A DNA stretch of 25,805 nucleotides from Chiloscyllium plagiosum. Lineage: Eukaryota. Below the pieces are notes generated by a model. That model was not told the DNA's origin and searched no databases. It saw only the letters and a program-made list of their open reading frames with translations. Shown here in pieces: positions 1-11,498 of the stretch. Both the position numbers and the translations under genes were made by a program. The first letter of the stretch is position 1; every line of letters begins with the position of its first letter. Where the stretch lies: positions 81,258,682 to 81,284,486 of the forward strand of contig NC_057719.1 in the NCBI RefSeq assembly GCF_004010195.1, read 5' to 3'.

Positions 1-67
1 CTATAACCTGGTGTTGTGTGATTTGTAACTTTGTACACCCCAGTCCAACACTGGTATCTCCAAATCA
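1..67 (+). mobile_element. Penelope-like element (PLE) terminal repeat, 3' end, cut by the window edge
   Basis: ctataacctggtgttgtgtgatttgtaactttgtacaccccagtccaacactggtatctcc closely matches the PLE end at 20472-20536 and, inverted, 18030-18065. Confidence 0.75.
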
Positions 68-350
68 AGCCTGTCAGCAATGGTTGCCTCACTCTCCCCT
101 TATGTTTCTTCTTCCTTGGGCTGTGCTTCCCAAATTACCCCTCGAATTACCCCATTACTGCCCAACTGTCTTCTTGGCCAGGCTCCCCTTCCAACTCCTC
201 CCTCATGCCTTTACTCAATTGTAATAGCATTACATCAGATTCCAGCTTCTCCCTCTCAAACTGCAGGGTGAGTTCTATCACATTATTGTTACTGTCCCCT
301 AGGAGTTCCTTCACCTTAAGCTCCCTAATCAAGTCCACCTCATTCAAAAT
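68..350 (-). mobile_element. CR1 LINE ORF2 fragment (end of APE endonuclease and linker)
   Basis: ORF 147..371(-) reads LNEVDLIRELKVKELLGDSNNNVIELTLQFEREK, a decayed CR1 LGxSDHNxIEF motif. Confidence 0.8.
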
Positions 351-364
351 GTAAAGGAGGGGCA

Positions 365-990
365 TTGGCAAGTGATGCTCAATGAAAGTGGCAGTTTATT
401 TGGCTACTTTCTGGATACTATTTAGAAGGTATCATTGGGTCTACATGGCATTTGACATTTGCACTCCTTTGGAAGAGTATCATCATAAGGAAGGTAACAG
501 TTTGTGATTTTCCTGGAGTTGGAGCGATTATGAATGATCTGCAATTGCGTGGTTATGGAGTTGCAATGAAAGTTGCTATCACAGCCCACGATCATAATCT
601 AGTTAGACTGCTAGAGAAAGTTCACTAGAGGAAGGTTAAACTGTAGGAGGAAAAGATAGAATTGAAGCCTGACAGTAAAAGAGCTTTGCCCTGATCCTGA
701 TTAGGTGAAAGCTCTAATTCAGATTCAGCAAGCAATTGATGTGAAAGCAGTGAAACAATTTGGTCAATTTGTGAATCACCTAGCGAAGCTCTTGGGCTAA
801 TTTGTCAGCAGACTGAGAACCTTTGCACCAACTCACTGCTAAGAGGAGCAGTCATATTTGGACTTGGAGCAAGAAACTGCTTTCACTTGCACCAAACAAC
901 TAGTAACAGCAACGCCAGTACTGAGGAGCAAGAATGTCAATGAAGCTATGTTCTAGTGTGACACCAGGAAAACAGGACTTAGCTAAACTC
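365..990 (+). mobile_element. Degenerate Gypsy/Ty3 pol fragment (RT to RNase H)
   Basis: Manual translation across stops and frameshifts gives Gypsy motifs in order: ATFWILFRRYHWVYMAFDICTPLEEY (cf. TTF.TPFGRY....MPFG), GVGAIMNDL (decayed xxDD), HDHNLVRLLEK, KQFGQFVNHLAK, EPLHQL, EQETAFTCTKQLVTATPVL, CDT (cf. CDAS). Confidence 0.8.
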
Positions 991-1054
991 TCATGCACTA
1001 AAAACAGTTACATTTGCATCCAAGGTGTTTATGCAAAATTAATATCTTTCCTTG

Positions 1055-1540
1055 GGGCTGGAGAATGAACAGAGCAGATACCAAACAATGTTTCCAGTGA
1101 TGAAGGAGTGCAGAACCAGGGGTCACAATCTAAAGGTACAGGAAAGGACTGTGATGAGAAATGTATGTTTTATCCAGAGAGTGGCAAGCCTGTGCAATTC
1201 TTTACCACAAAAAGTAGTTGAGGCCAAAACATTTAAGAGGAAAAAGTGAGGACTGCAGATGCTGGAGATCAAAGTCACTGGGAAAGCACAGAAGGTCAGG
1301 CAGCATCCGAAGCGCAGGAGAATTAACATTTCAGGCATAAGCCCTTCAGCAGGAAACATTTAAGTGTTTTCAAGAAGGAGGTCAATACAGTTCTTTGGGC
1401 TGGGGTGAATCAAAGAGTATGGAGAGAAAGCAGGAACTGGGTACTGAGTTGGATGATCAGCCATGTCCAAACTGAATGCAGGGGCAAGCTCAAAAGGGCC
1501 AAATGACCTACTCCTGCTCCTACTCTCTGTCTTTCTATGT
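1055..1540 (+). mobile_element. CR1 LINE 3' end, interrupted at 1238-1353
   Basis: ORF2 C-terminus RTRGHNLKV...FIQRVASLCNSLPQKVVEAKT, followed by a CR1 3'UTR ending gggccaaatgacctactcctgctcctactctctgtctttctatgt. Confidence 0.85.
1238..1353 (-). mobile_element. Solo PLE terminal unit with degenerate hammerhead and target-site duplication
   Basis: Homologous to 24950-25078. Flanked by direct repeat aaacatttaag at 1227-1237 and 1354-1364. Confidence 0.8.
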
Positions 1541-2211
1541 ATCAATCAACAACTTGTAAAGGTGCCATTCAACAACACAAACACTTTAGAGATTATGGGA
1601 ATGGTAAGTGTGCAGGAACAGGCAAAGTGGAACAGATTGGAATGCATAGTTTTTGTTCACAAGTGATAATTTTCTTCATTAAAAACATACGTTGGGTAAC
1701 TTGTAGCAGCAAATGATGGCTCATAATTTGTTTTACTTGTTAGTTTTTAAATGTAAAGGATATTTGGAGAAATGCATTTATATACTGACTTGCCCTAGCT
1801 ATGTGACCTCTGTAGTAGTTGTCTTCAATTTAGAGAGAAAAACCACCAAAGTCTACACATTAAGTAACGTCTTTCCAACGATGTGACACAGAATTCTACC
1901 CAAGACACTAGTGACTTCAGTAAGTTTTGTATGACTCATGTTTTCAAATTCAATGATTGTAAGTATAAAGCTAATTGTCCCATATGCTTTCTTAACTTCC
2001 TTACCAAAGACCTGCCATCTTCAGTTTATACATGACCGGGTATCTCAGCTCTCGCCCTCAAGCTAGTACCATTTAGATTACATGTCCATTATCTTCCACC
2101 CAAAGTGAATTGTTTCACAATTATCTGGATTGAATGAGATATGCCAAATTTATTATAATCACATTGATTGTCTCCCAGATTTCCAAGTTTTACAAACTCT
2201 GAAACCATACT

Positions 2212-2263
2212 CTATATTCTCCAATATATGCTATATACTCCAATATGTGCTATATACTCCAAT
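2212..2263. repeat. 19-bp tandem repeat, about 2.7 copies
   Basis: Unit ctatat(t/a)ctccaatat(a/g)tg repeats with period 19. Confidence 0.8.
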
Positions 2264-2437
2264 GCACCTGCCATATAACAAATTAACTGCAGACTTAAGG
2301 CCATTTGATGCACTTCATTTTTTTAAAGGCCTCACAATAACGATTCATGCTGAAGCTGCAGCAGTGCACATGAATAAAGGGATCTACCCACTGGACTACT
2401 ATTTCCATCAGTCCCTGTACAAACAAACAGACAACTG

Positions 2438-2725
2438 TGGGTGGCATGGCAGCATAGTGCTTAGTACTGCTGTCTCACACTCCCAGAATCTGTTTTCAAT
2501 TCGAGCCTTCGGTGACTGCCTGTGTGGATTTCTGCCCGTTGCTCTGGTTTGTGCCCACAGTCCAGACATGTGGGAAATCATCCCATGGTGTCCAAGAATG
2601 TGCATGAGCCATGGTAAATGCAGGGTTAGGAGGTTAGGGTGGGGTTGAGAGTTTGGGCAGATGCTCTTTGGAGGCTTAGTGCTGACTCAATGGGCGGAAT
2701 GGCACCTTTCTGCAGGGGTATCTAT
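2438..2725 (+). mobile_element. tRNA-derived SINE (HE1/V-SINE-like)
   Basis: Head gggtggcatggcagcatagtgcttagtactgctgtctcaca with decayed A/B boxes and CR1-like tail gactcaatgggcggaatggc. Homologous to the inverted copies at 10011-10364 and 21275-21541. Confidence 0.8.
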
Positions 2726-2779
2726 TTTTTTATGTTGTTGTTAGAGATGAATTAGTGAAACATTGACTGTGATCAAACA

Positions 2780-3130
2780 AGTGACAAAAGTGTTTTTCAT
2801 AGCCAGAGGGAGTGGTTGATGGGGGAGGAAATTAAGACAAATCAAATAAAAGATGTGTCAACAGCAGAAAATTGAACAAAAGTGTTAAATAAAAAAAAGA
2901 ACAAGGTTACAAGGCTGACATTTGAAAACAATAGGAAGTAATTTGGATAGAGATCGCAATTTGTAAATTCAATGTTGAATCTGAATTCCACAGGCTTACA
3001 TTGAGCTGCACTGGAATACTACAGTAGGTGAAGGTCAGAATGGGAACAAGATGTTGAATTAAAATGACAGGTGACCAATAACTCAGGGTCAAGCTTGCAC
3101 ACTGAACTCTAATGTGTTGCAAAGAGCAGA
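2780..3130 (-). mobile_element. Old PLE fragment (GIY-YIG C-terminal region and 3' UTR)
   Basis: The reverse complement resembles the old PLE segment at 20660-20860; heavily decayed. Confidence 0.45.
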
Positions 3131-3699
3131 TTGGGTGATTGCTTTGCGAACACCTTGAGGCATAAACCCCAAGCTAATAGTCACCAATCATTTTAATTCT
3201 TTAGTTTGCTCCCAGTCTAATCAGTTTGTCCTCAACCTATTGCAATTTTGTAGTATTTTATTTGATTTGATTTATATATTGTCACATGCATTTTGTTACA
3301 AAATACAGCAAAGAGTGTTGTATAATGTCACTCCTCTCGGGCACTATCTTAAAACAGAAAAAAAACCCAAAACATTGAATATAAAAGGCAGAAAAATAAA
3401 TAAATAAATTTAAAACGTTCAATGCTATGGTGTTTCGCATTAAGTGCTTTGCCATGGGCAATGGGCCTGGCACGAGTCCCCTTCACCACACTGCCGCTGG
3501 AACAAAAGTCACCACAGTTCAGCACCATGTCACCTTCACCGATGCCCTTGCCACTGAGTTCTCGCTGCACCTTGACAATATAGGCGTTAACATTGCTGGG
3601 TACTGCACCAGCCTAAACTTGACTCCAGGCCCACCTCACCGATGCAGCCCCTGTTGAAGTCACTAGGTCTCATACTGGACCCAAACCTGCCTCCACTAA

Positions 3700-4270
3700 C
3701 CTGCAGATGCATTTGGTTCATATCTCTCAAAACCTTTCCTATTCATGCACCTATCGAAATGTCTTTTAGATGTTGTAACTGTACCCACATCTACCATTTC
3801 TGGCAATTTTTTCCACACATGAATCCCCCCCTGTCATCACTCTGACATTTACATCCCCTGTATTCACTCAGAAATGCAGAAGATATGAACATGAGAAATT
3901 TGGCCCTTCAAGCCTGCTCCACCCTTCAACACGATCATCTCTGATTATCCAACTCAGTGCTCTGTTTCCAGTTTCACAACATACTCTTTGATCTCTTTAG
4001 CTCTAAAAACTGTATCTCCTTCTTGAAAACTTTAAATATTTTGGCCTCAACCAATTTCTATGGCAGTTAGTTTCACAGGTTCACCATTCTCTGGATGAAG
4101 AAATTTCTCATGTCAGTCCTAAATGGTCTACTCCACACCATCAGACTGTCACCTTTAGTCTGGACTTCCTGGTAATAGAGAACATCCTTCCTGCATTTAC
4201 CTCATCTAGGCCTGTTAGAATTTTAAAGATTTCCAGGAAAATCCCCCCAAATTCTTCCACCTCCCTGTGA
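3700..4270 (-). mobile_element. CR1 LINE 3' fragments, probably two
   Basis: tggcccttcaagcctgctcc...ttttggcctcaacc...ctctggatgaagaaatttctc is the inverted counterpart of 1150-1500. Confidence 0.75.
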
Positions 4271-4704
4271 ATCTTCATGTCTGTCTTCTGGCTAAAGACC
4301 TCCCTGGGTCATCTTTTCTTTTACTGCGGATATGTTTCATATGAACAGGTACCTTCGATAGAGAGCATTCCCTAATTTCTTGGATCTGTGGTGGCGGCTG
4401 TTGCTCTCTGCAGTGTGATTTTCAAAATGCCTGCTCTTTTATATCCCCATCATTGAATCATTTCATTGGTTCGATGCTTGCAGAACAATAAATTCAAACT
4501 CAATTGGGTTTTAATATTCTGGGGCATAATTTAAACTGATTGGTTACATTCAAATTGTTGTCAAAACAGCAACCTACTCAGATATCCATTTCGAATGTTA
4601 CATATTTTCAATTTTCCAGTACATAGACTACTACCGTGTGCTTGTAACCTCTCGGTGCAGAAGAGCATTCACTCTCAACGGTACAGAACATGCCTTCAAC
4701 TTCA

Positions 4705-4895
4705 TGACAGCAGGGCCAACCTTCCTGTATTATTTTGGTGCCGGACAAGAATGAACAATTCTTGCAGCTCCTCAATGTGTTCTTTAAATGTTTTCCACTC
4801 CACATCCACTGCCATCCCTTTAGATAATGTACTCCAATTTATCATAGGCATCTTGCATCTCATACTATTGTACTTTCCTTTATTTTTATTCAAGA
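4705..4895 (-). mobile_element. CR1 ORF2 linker fragment
   Basis: ORF 4702..4905(-): NKGKYNSMR...INWSTL.KGMAVDVEWKTFKEHIEELQELFI, typical of the CR1 EN-RT spacer. Confidence 0.75.
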
Positions 4896-5299
4896 CCCTC
4901 GACATCTGGTGTTTCTTGAACCCAGTCCCACTCTCTTTTGCCCTTCACAAATAATTTTTTTGTCAAGCAATCTGTTCTGTCCTCCATAATATCACATTTT
5001 CCTTTTTCATCTTTGCCTCGTGTTCCCCAATTTCATCTGCTTAAAATCATTTTCAATTTTAACTTCTCTGATGAAACATAGACTTGAAATGCTCAGTTGG
5101 ATTATACAAGGGAAGCTACCGTAATTCGTATTTCTGCCTCTGCTAACCTAATTGTACTTTGTTTACAGTAACATCCCTTTAATTGGTGAGGCAAAAACCT
5201 CTGCAGTCTCAAGGAGGAAGTTCTCCTTGTAGAGCTAACAGCCAGAAGCCTGTAGCTCTGCACTTGGACAACACCAGCAGAAGCAATAGACACTGCTGG

Positions 5300-5703
5300 T
5301 GCTGTGGGTAGGACAAGGAAGTGGCATTCAGTGATAAACCCAGACGTTCAGATACATCAAGGATGTTGTTCGGGCCATACTGACAGGACCCAGCAAAATA
5401 GCTGAAGGCATGTTGCACAGGTAGAGAAAATGTGGGAGATGCCTCTGATTGGCCTTGGGCTTGGCAAGAGGCAGCCCCACTTTAACTGGTCAGCAGTCCA
5501 TGCGGTTAAACCTATGGGCTCCAAGTTAGTCTCGCATGTCACATAGGAGCAGGTTTTCCAAGTCAAATTGCTGGCAACAATTTGCCCATACAAAGGCCTC
5601 AATTAAGCCAACTAATCTAAGTGGCCTACCCAACATCTCCCCACCACTTAGAAAACTGTAATGGGGCAGGTTTACTGCCCACAGGTAGCCCATAAAACTC
5701 CAC
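5300..5703. repeat. Decayed GC-richer interspersed repeat, possibly a Harbinger-type non-autonomous element
   Basis: ggcctcaattaagcc and terminal cccataaaactccacc resemble remembered shark MITE motifs. TIRs could not be paired. Confidence 0.3.
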
Positions 5704-6729
5704 CTGGTACGTTTGTTTCTCTTTTCCAGATGTTGCCAGATCTGCAGAGTATTTCCAGCAGCTTTTAACTTTTAAGTTAGATTTCTAGTATTTGCAGCAA
5801 TAGATTTAATCCATATTCAAAAGACCAGCCTAATCATCACTCTGCCAAAAGGCCTCCCAATATTCCTTACAACGTCACATTTTTAAGTTGCATAACCTTT
5901 AGACCTGCTCACTTCCAAAACTGATAGAAATCTCTACTCCCACAAAGAAGCAATCTCTACTCCACTAAGGCATTATTTTCTCCTCTAACGTGCACTTCAT
6001 TTCCAGCCTTAGCAACGTTGTTTTAAATTAGAGCAGAATCTGTAACACCGTAGGGGGAACTTGCAATCTTGAAAAAACTGAAACATGTGGAACCTCTGTC
6101 CCCAGTTTTGGTTGCAGCAGTGTGCCAAATTCCAGAGTAAAGCAACGTAACATATTTGAGTTAGAGTGAATGTCAGCAGTGAGAAATTTGATGTGGAATG
6201 AAATAAGCGACCTGTTCTCCCTTTTTTTCTTCCTTCTAAAGCAAGGAACAGAAAGTGGGTGAACCAAACATTAGAAACTGCTTTCGAATGATTGTAAAGC
6301 TCCTATTCGGGGCCCAGTCACACTTTGATTCAATAAAGTGAAAACAGATGAAGATAATCTGTCAACAAATCAGATAATGTATTGCAGTGAAAACACACAA
6401 CAGCAGTGCAGGTCAAGTACTCTTCTCTTCATGTCCAAATCAGTGTCCATGGATGACTGTGTTAACATCTACATGATAACTTATTTGTCAATGTGACTTA
6501 CAAGATCAAAATTAGATTGAGGTCAGAGTTTTACAATCAGTCAAAGCCGGGTGTTCAGATTAAATCTCAAACAACAATCTAAATTAGGACCAAATATTGC
6601 ACTGACCATGTGATTCAATATAAACAGGTTTGAAGATATGATTCTTAAAACTGTAAAGCCAAAGATTCACTTTCTAGTTGCAAACTTTATTGCTAGAAAG
6701 TCTAAAATAAATGTCGGCATTCAGGCGTA

Positions 6730-7190
6730 TAAATTAGGTGGAGCAGTAGGCTGCTTGGCCTTTCAGATTTACTCCATCATTTAATAAGATTACTCTACAT
6801 CCTCACCTATCCCCAGCAACCTTTCACCCACTTAAGAAGAATCTACCTATCTCTGCCTTTAAGAAATTTAAAGATTCTGCTTTCACTGCCTTGAGGAATA
6901 TAGTTCCAAAGATGTACCAATCTCAGGAAAAACAAATACTCCTTGTCTCCATCTTAAATGGGCAACCCTTACTTTGAAACAGCAACTGCTAGTTCTACAA
7001 TCCCCAGCAAGAGCAAGCAATCTTTGCTTATCCATGTTAGATCATTCAGGATCTTGTATATTTCAATCATGTCACCTATACTGTAATCTCCTGCAGGTGG
7101 AATTCTAAACTGTTCAATATTTCCTCATAACATAATACACTTGTTCATGTATTAGTCTAGTAAACTTACTCCAAATTGTTTTCAACCCAT
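6730..7190 (-). mobile_element. Old CR1 3' fragment
   Basis: ggagcagtaggctgcttggcc...aatctacctatctctgcctt...tagttccaaaga...atcttaaatgggcaacccttactttgaaac is an inverted CR1 3' pattern. Confidence 0.7.
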
Positions 7191-7249
7191 TAACAGTCAA
7201 GCCAAACAGCACTAATAACAGCACCTCAGTCACCAGGCACCAGGCACCA

Positions 7250-7700
7250 TCATCCCCTCTGAAACCTGCAAAATCTTCCTTGCATCCTCTTCTGCCCCAG
7301 CTGCTTACCACCAAACGCTTCCTTTTTGGCTCCATCTTCCAAGCCTTGTTAACATCTGCAGGTTTATGTCCATGCATTCAAAGCTAAATTATTCTCCTCC
7401 GGAAAAACGCCCATCCCTATGCCTTCCATCTTTAACATTTCCTGCTCCTGAGTACACATTAACTCTGAGCCACTCTTCTCACAATTCTCTCCAATCCAGT
7501 TTCTATTTGCACGCAGCAATATTACCTCTCTTTTTGGATGTAACCTTGGATGGCTGCCTTTCCTTATCACTCTACCACCTTCGATACTGTTCACTTTTCT
7601 CTTTTGCAGTTTACCTGTATTGCACCTTTTAAGTTTGTACATTGGCTCAATTATTCATTCATTCCCTCCATGATCATAAGTGAATGCTTAAACTTCCAAT
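7250..7700 (+). mobile_element. Old L2-like LINE RT fragment
   Basis: HSTTFDTVHFSLL resembles the L2/CR1 DLSAAFDTVDHxxLL motif, in pyrimidine-rich context. Confidence 0.5.
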
Positions 7701-9196
7701 TTGTCACTTGTTCACCTTCACAGGTATTACTTTGACCACTAAGATCAGTTTCATCCTTTTAACTGATGACAGCAATTAGCAATGCTTTTTTTTGTAATCA
7801 GTTATCTGACTGACAATATATATAAAAATTCATCAGAATATCATTCATTTGCTGCCTTTAAACAAAATCATTGTCACACGTTCTAAAACAAAGATTTTCA
7901 AGCCCTTAAATCATACATGTGGAGATTAATCATACAAGGTATGAAAAGAAAACACATTAATGTATGCACAAAAGAATTAATTGGAACAGGTTCAAGGAAA
8001 AAGTTTGTACGGAGAGAAACAACAGCTGGAAATCACTCCCCAGTTGGCTGGTACCACAAATGATGATATGTATTTATCTTCACAAAAGCACAGTAGGGCA
8101 CAGTGACTCATTGGGCCAGTGACCCAACTGTGTGTTCTGTGTCACAGCTGCAGCAAAAGCCAATTTCATGGAATTTTCCACTTACAAGCATTGAACACAG
8201 GCTGTGATATTATTGTGGACCAGTGACCATCTGAGTGGGTGCTCACCTACATCACTGTCCAACATTCGCCTCTCCAACTTCCACCCTCATCCCAACTGAA
8301 ACGACTCAAGAATCTCTATTCAAATGAACAAGATCAAAATGTAGTTCCAACAGAGATACCACTTATTGGGCTGGAACAATGCTGAGAGTTCATAACTTCC
8401 CTGGGGCTTGTATTCTTTCTGAGAAGAGATTTTAATATAACACAGCTGAAATTTTCAAGAATGTGAAAGGAATTAACTAAATCTGACAACGTCTCAAATA
8501 CCAGAAGACAACTTAATTTTTTAAATGAAGGGCAAGGAAGGATGACAAATAGAATCTCAAAAATAAAAATAATTACAAGTGTTTGTTCAGGACCAATCAA
8601 GTTCTTAATACCTCAAAACAAGCATCGTTTTCAATCTCTTATTGAGTTTCAAACATCAAACTATCACTGCTCAGTTTAGCTTTGCTAAAAATTGGCTGAA
8701 ATCCTAACCGACACATCAACACTGCTACACTTGATGGGTAGGGTTTTCCACCTCCCCTGGCTAATTTTCTGATCACCACCGGTCAGTGGAGGAGATAGAT
8801 GGACAAAAGTGAAAGGAATGCTTGCACATATACACTCAGAGCACAGTCCTGCACAGTCACAATCCAAGAGTATGACACCTTAAATTAAAAACTTATATTT
8901 TCAGATAGCACGTTGGGTATCTTTACATCACTGTATACTTTTACTGAAAGGCCAGTATACCTTCTTCCTGTAAGATGACTACCATCAAGCTGAAAATACA
9001 CCCAAGGTCAGTACAACACCTCAGGGAATGGTGAAGTGACTTCTAACATCTACTGATGGAAATTTAATGAAATGGTCAATCTTTATCATCAACATCAACT
9101 CATTCGTAACTCTATTACCCACATTCTATTTTGTACTCAACCTTGTCCATCATCTGCCTCCATTCTAGTCGACTGACACCAGACTCCCCCATACTA

Positions 9197-9696
9197 NNNN
9201 NNNNNNNNNNNNNNNNNNNNNNNNNNNNNNNNNNNNNNNNNNNNNNNNNNNNNNNNNNNNNNNNNNNNNNNNNNNNNNNNNNNNNNNNNNNNNNNNNNNN
9301 NNNNNNNNNNNNNNNNNNNNNNNNNNNNNNNNNNNNNNNNNNNNNNNNNNNNNNNNNNNNNNNNNNNNNNNNNNNNNNNNNNNNNNNNNNNNNNNNNNNN
9401 NNNNNNNNNNNNNNNNNNNNNNNNNNNNNNNNNNNNNNNNNNNNNNNNNNNNNNNNNNNNNNNNNNNNNNNNNNNNNNNNNNNNNNNNNNNNNNNNNNNN
9501 NNNNNNNNNNNNNNNNNNNNNNNNNNNNNNNNNNNNNNNNNNNNNNNNNNNNNNNNNNNNNNNNNNNNNNNNNNNNNNNNNNNNNNNNNNNNNNNNNNNN
9601 NNNNNNNNNNNNNNNNNNNNNNNNNNNNNNNNNNNNNNNNNNNNNNNNNNNNNNNNNNNNNNNNNNNNNNNNNNNNNNNNNNNNNNNNNNNNNNNN
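9197..9696. other. Assembly gap (500 N)
   Basis: Exactly 500 consecutive Ns. Confidence 0.99.
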
Positions 9697-10010
9697 AACT
9701 ACTTTGGAGACCCTGAGGCAAGAGGGTTTCCAAAGCTACTAAAAATGCAATGAAGTGTGGTTTTGAACATGGGTTTCCTCTTTCCCAACAGGGTTTCAGT
9801 CTGAAGTTCTTCACCCAAAATAAGTAGTAAGACTTGGGAGAGACTTTTAGTTTATCTAGCAAGTTGTCAAGTTTTAGACCAGTTACAATGAAGATCTAAT
9901 CAGATGAGTAGTTGCTTTGCAGAAGCACATTATTCGCCAGAGTGTGCTTTCACTGCACTACAGACAACTGCCAGTATCTTGGAAAGCACTTCAGTTGGTT
10001 AACACTTTTA

Positions 10011-10364
10011 TAGAATAGAATCCCTAAAGTATGGAAGCAGGCCATTTGGCCCGTCAAGTCCACACTGACCCTCCAAGCAGCATCTCAACCAGACTCGCCT
10101 CCTTTTCCTATCCCTGTAAACCTGCATTTCTCATGGCTAATCTATGGCTGCATATCCCTGGACACTATGGATTGACCAAAATATATTATTCAAAGATGTG
10201 CAGCTTAGGTGGACTGTGGGAAGAAACCAGAGCATCCAGAGGAAGCTCATGCAGGCAAAGGGAGAATGGACAAACTCCACGCAGACATTCACCCAAGGAT
10301 GGAATCGTAACCCAGTCCCTGGCGCTGAGGCAATAGTGCTAACTACTGAGCCACTAAGCCACCC
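10011..10364 (-). mobile_element. tRNA-derived SINE (HE1/V-SINE-like)
   Basis: Inverted head gagccactaagccaccc, body tggacaaactccacgcagaca, and CR1-type tail tagaatagaatccct. Confidence 0.85.
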
Positions 10365-10679
10365 AACTTCCAACTTCAGCTGCACCTCACTTCAGTGGGG
10401 TATTGGAGCAGTTTATGCACCTGCACTGCTCCCTTTAATTAAGGTATTTGATAGATGGCTTACCATTGCTACATGCTCCAAATCTAGCAACACCTAAGTG
10501 AACATTAGCTCTTCAGTTGGCTAAGGCTTTCTCAGTCTGATAGTGAACATCTTCATACTCATATCAGATTGTCTTCCCAGTGCATGCACTCCCAGTAGTC
10601 AACACAGTTCCTTTTATTAGAGGCACAGAATTCTGATTCTTCCAACCTCCCATCTTTTCCTTTTAAAATTCTTTAACAT

Positions 10680-10917
10680 TATATGGGCTTTGCTGATTAG
10701 GTCAGCGATTTTTGCCTATCTTCAACAGCTCTTAAAAATGAGGTAGCAAGCTGTTTCCTTGAACCGCTGTAATCCACTGCAAATTACTCTGCTGTTGGGG
10801 AGGCAGTTTCAGGATTCTGACCCAAGTATAGGTCCATATGGCATAGGGTGATAGCAATCGCTTGCATTTGACAACCATGCTCTTCCACCTGGTAGAAGGT
10901 GCTGTGAAGCAGCTTTG
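10680..10917 (-). mobile_element. Old LINE (CR1/L2 clade) 3' end, part 1; resumes at about 13100
   Basis: ccttgaaccgctgtaatcc...gggaggcagtttcaggattctgaccca...gaaggtgctgt matches a remembered shark LINE 3' consensus. Confidence 0.6.
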
Positions 10918-11498
10918 TTATTATTAGCAATCGACAGCATGGTTTTGTGTGGGGGTGGTCGCACCTCACTAATTTGATCAAACTTTTTGAGGTGGTGACA
11001 AAGATGATTGAAGAAGGAAAAGCAGTTGATGCTGTCTACATGGACTTCAGTAAAGCCCTTGACAAGATCCCTCATGGCAGACTAGCACAAAAGGTGAAGT
11101 CACATGTATTGGGATGAGTTGGCAAGATCGATACTAACTGGCTTAGTCACAGGAGACAGCAGGCAGTGGTGGAAGGATGCTTTTTTGAATGGAGGATTGT
11201 GACTAGTGGTGTTCCACAGGGATCATTGCTGGGACTTGTGCTGTTCATGCAGGATTTAGATCAGTTGGAAGCTTGGGCAGAAAAATGGCAGAAGGAGTTT
11301 AATCCAGTTAAATATGAGGTGATGAGGTGGAAATTATACAGTGAATGGCAGAACCCTGACTAATCCTGATATGCAGAGAGATTTGGATATGCAGATCTAG
11401 AGATCACTGAAGGTGGCAGCAGAAGTAGATAAAGTAGTTAAAAAAAAAAGGCTTACATAATGCTTGCCTTCATGGAAGGGGCACTGAGTGTCAGGATA
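10918..11498 (+). mobile_element. CR1 LINE RT, 5'-truncated, part 1
   Basis: QHGFVWGWSHLTNLIKLFE...AVDAVYMDFSKALDKIPH, then SGVPQGSLLGLVLF joined directly to QDLDQLEAWAEKWQKEFNP (the FADD segment is deleted). Confidence 0.92.

Noticed and set aside
2130..2648. 172-aa ORF
   Set aside because: It runs across decayed sequence, a tandem repeat and a SINE, with no recognisable domain.
3253..3660. Possible unclassified retroelement end
   Set aside because: It looks repeat-like, but I could not assign motifs or boundaries.
8247..8295. 49-nt minus-strand exon candidate (tttcag...gtgagc)
   Set aside because: Stops in all three phases and no other support; a non-coding exon cannot be excluded.
9131..9862. 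203-aa and 222-aa ORFs
   Set aside because: Artefacts of translating through Ns.
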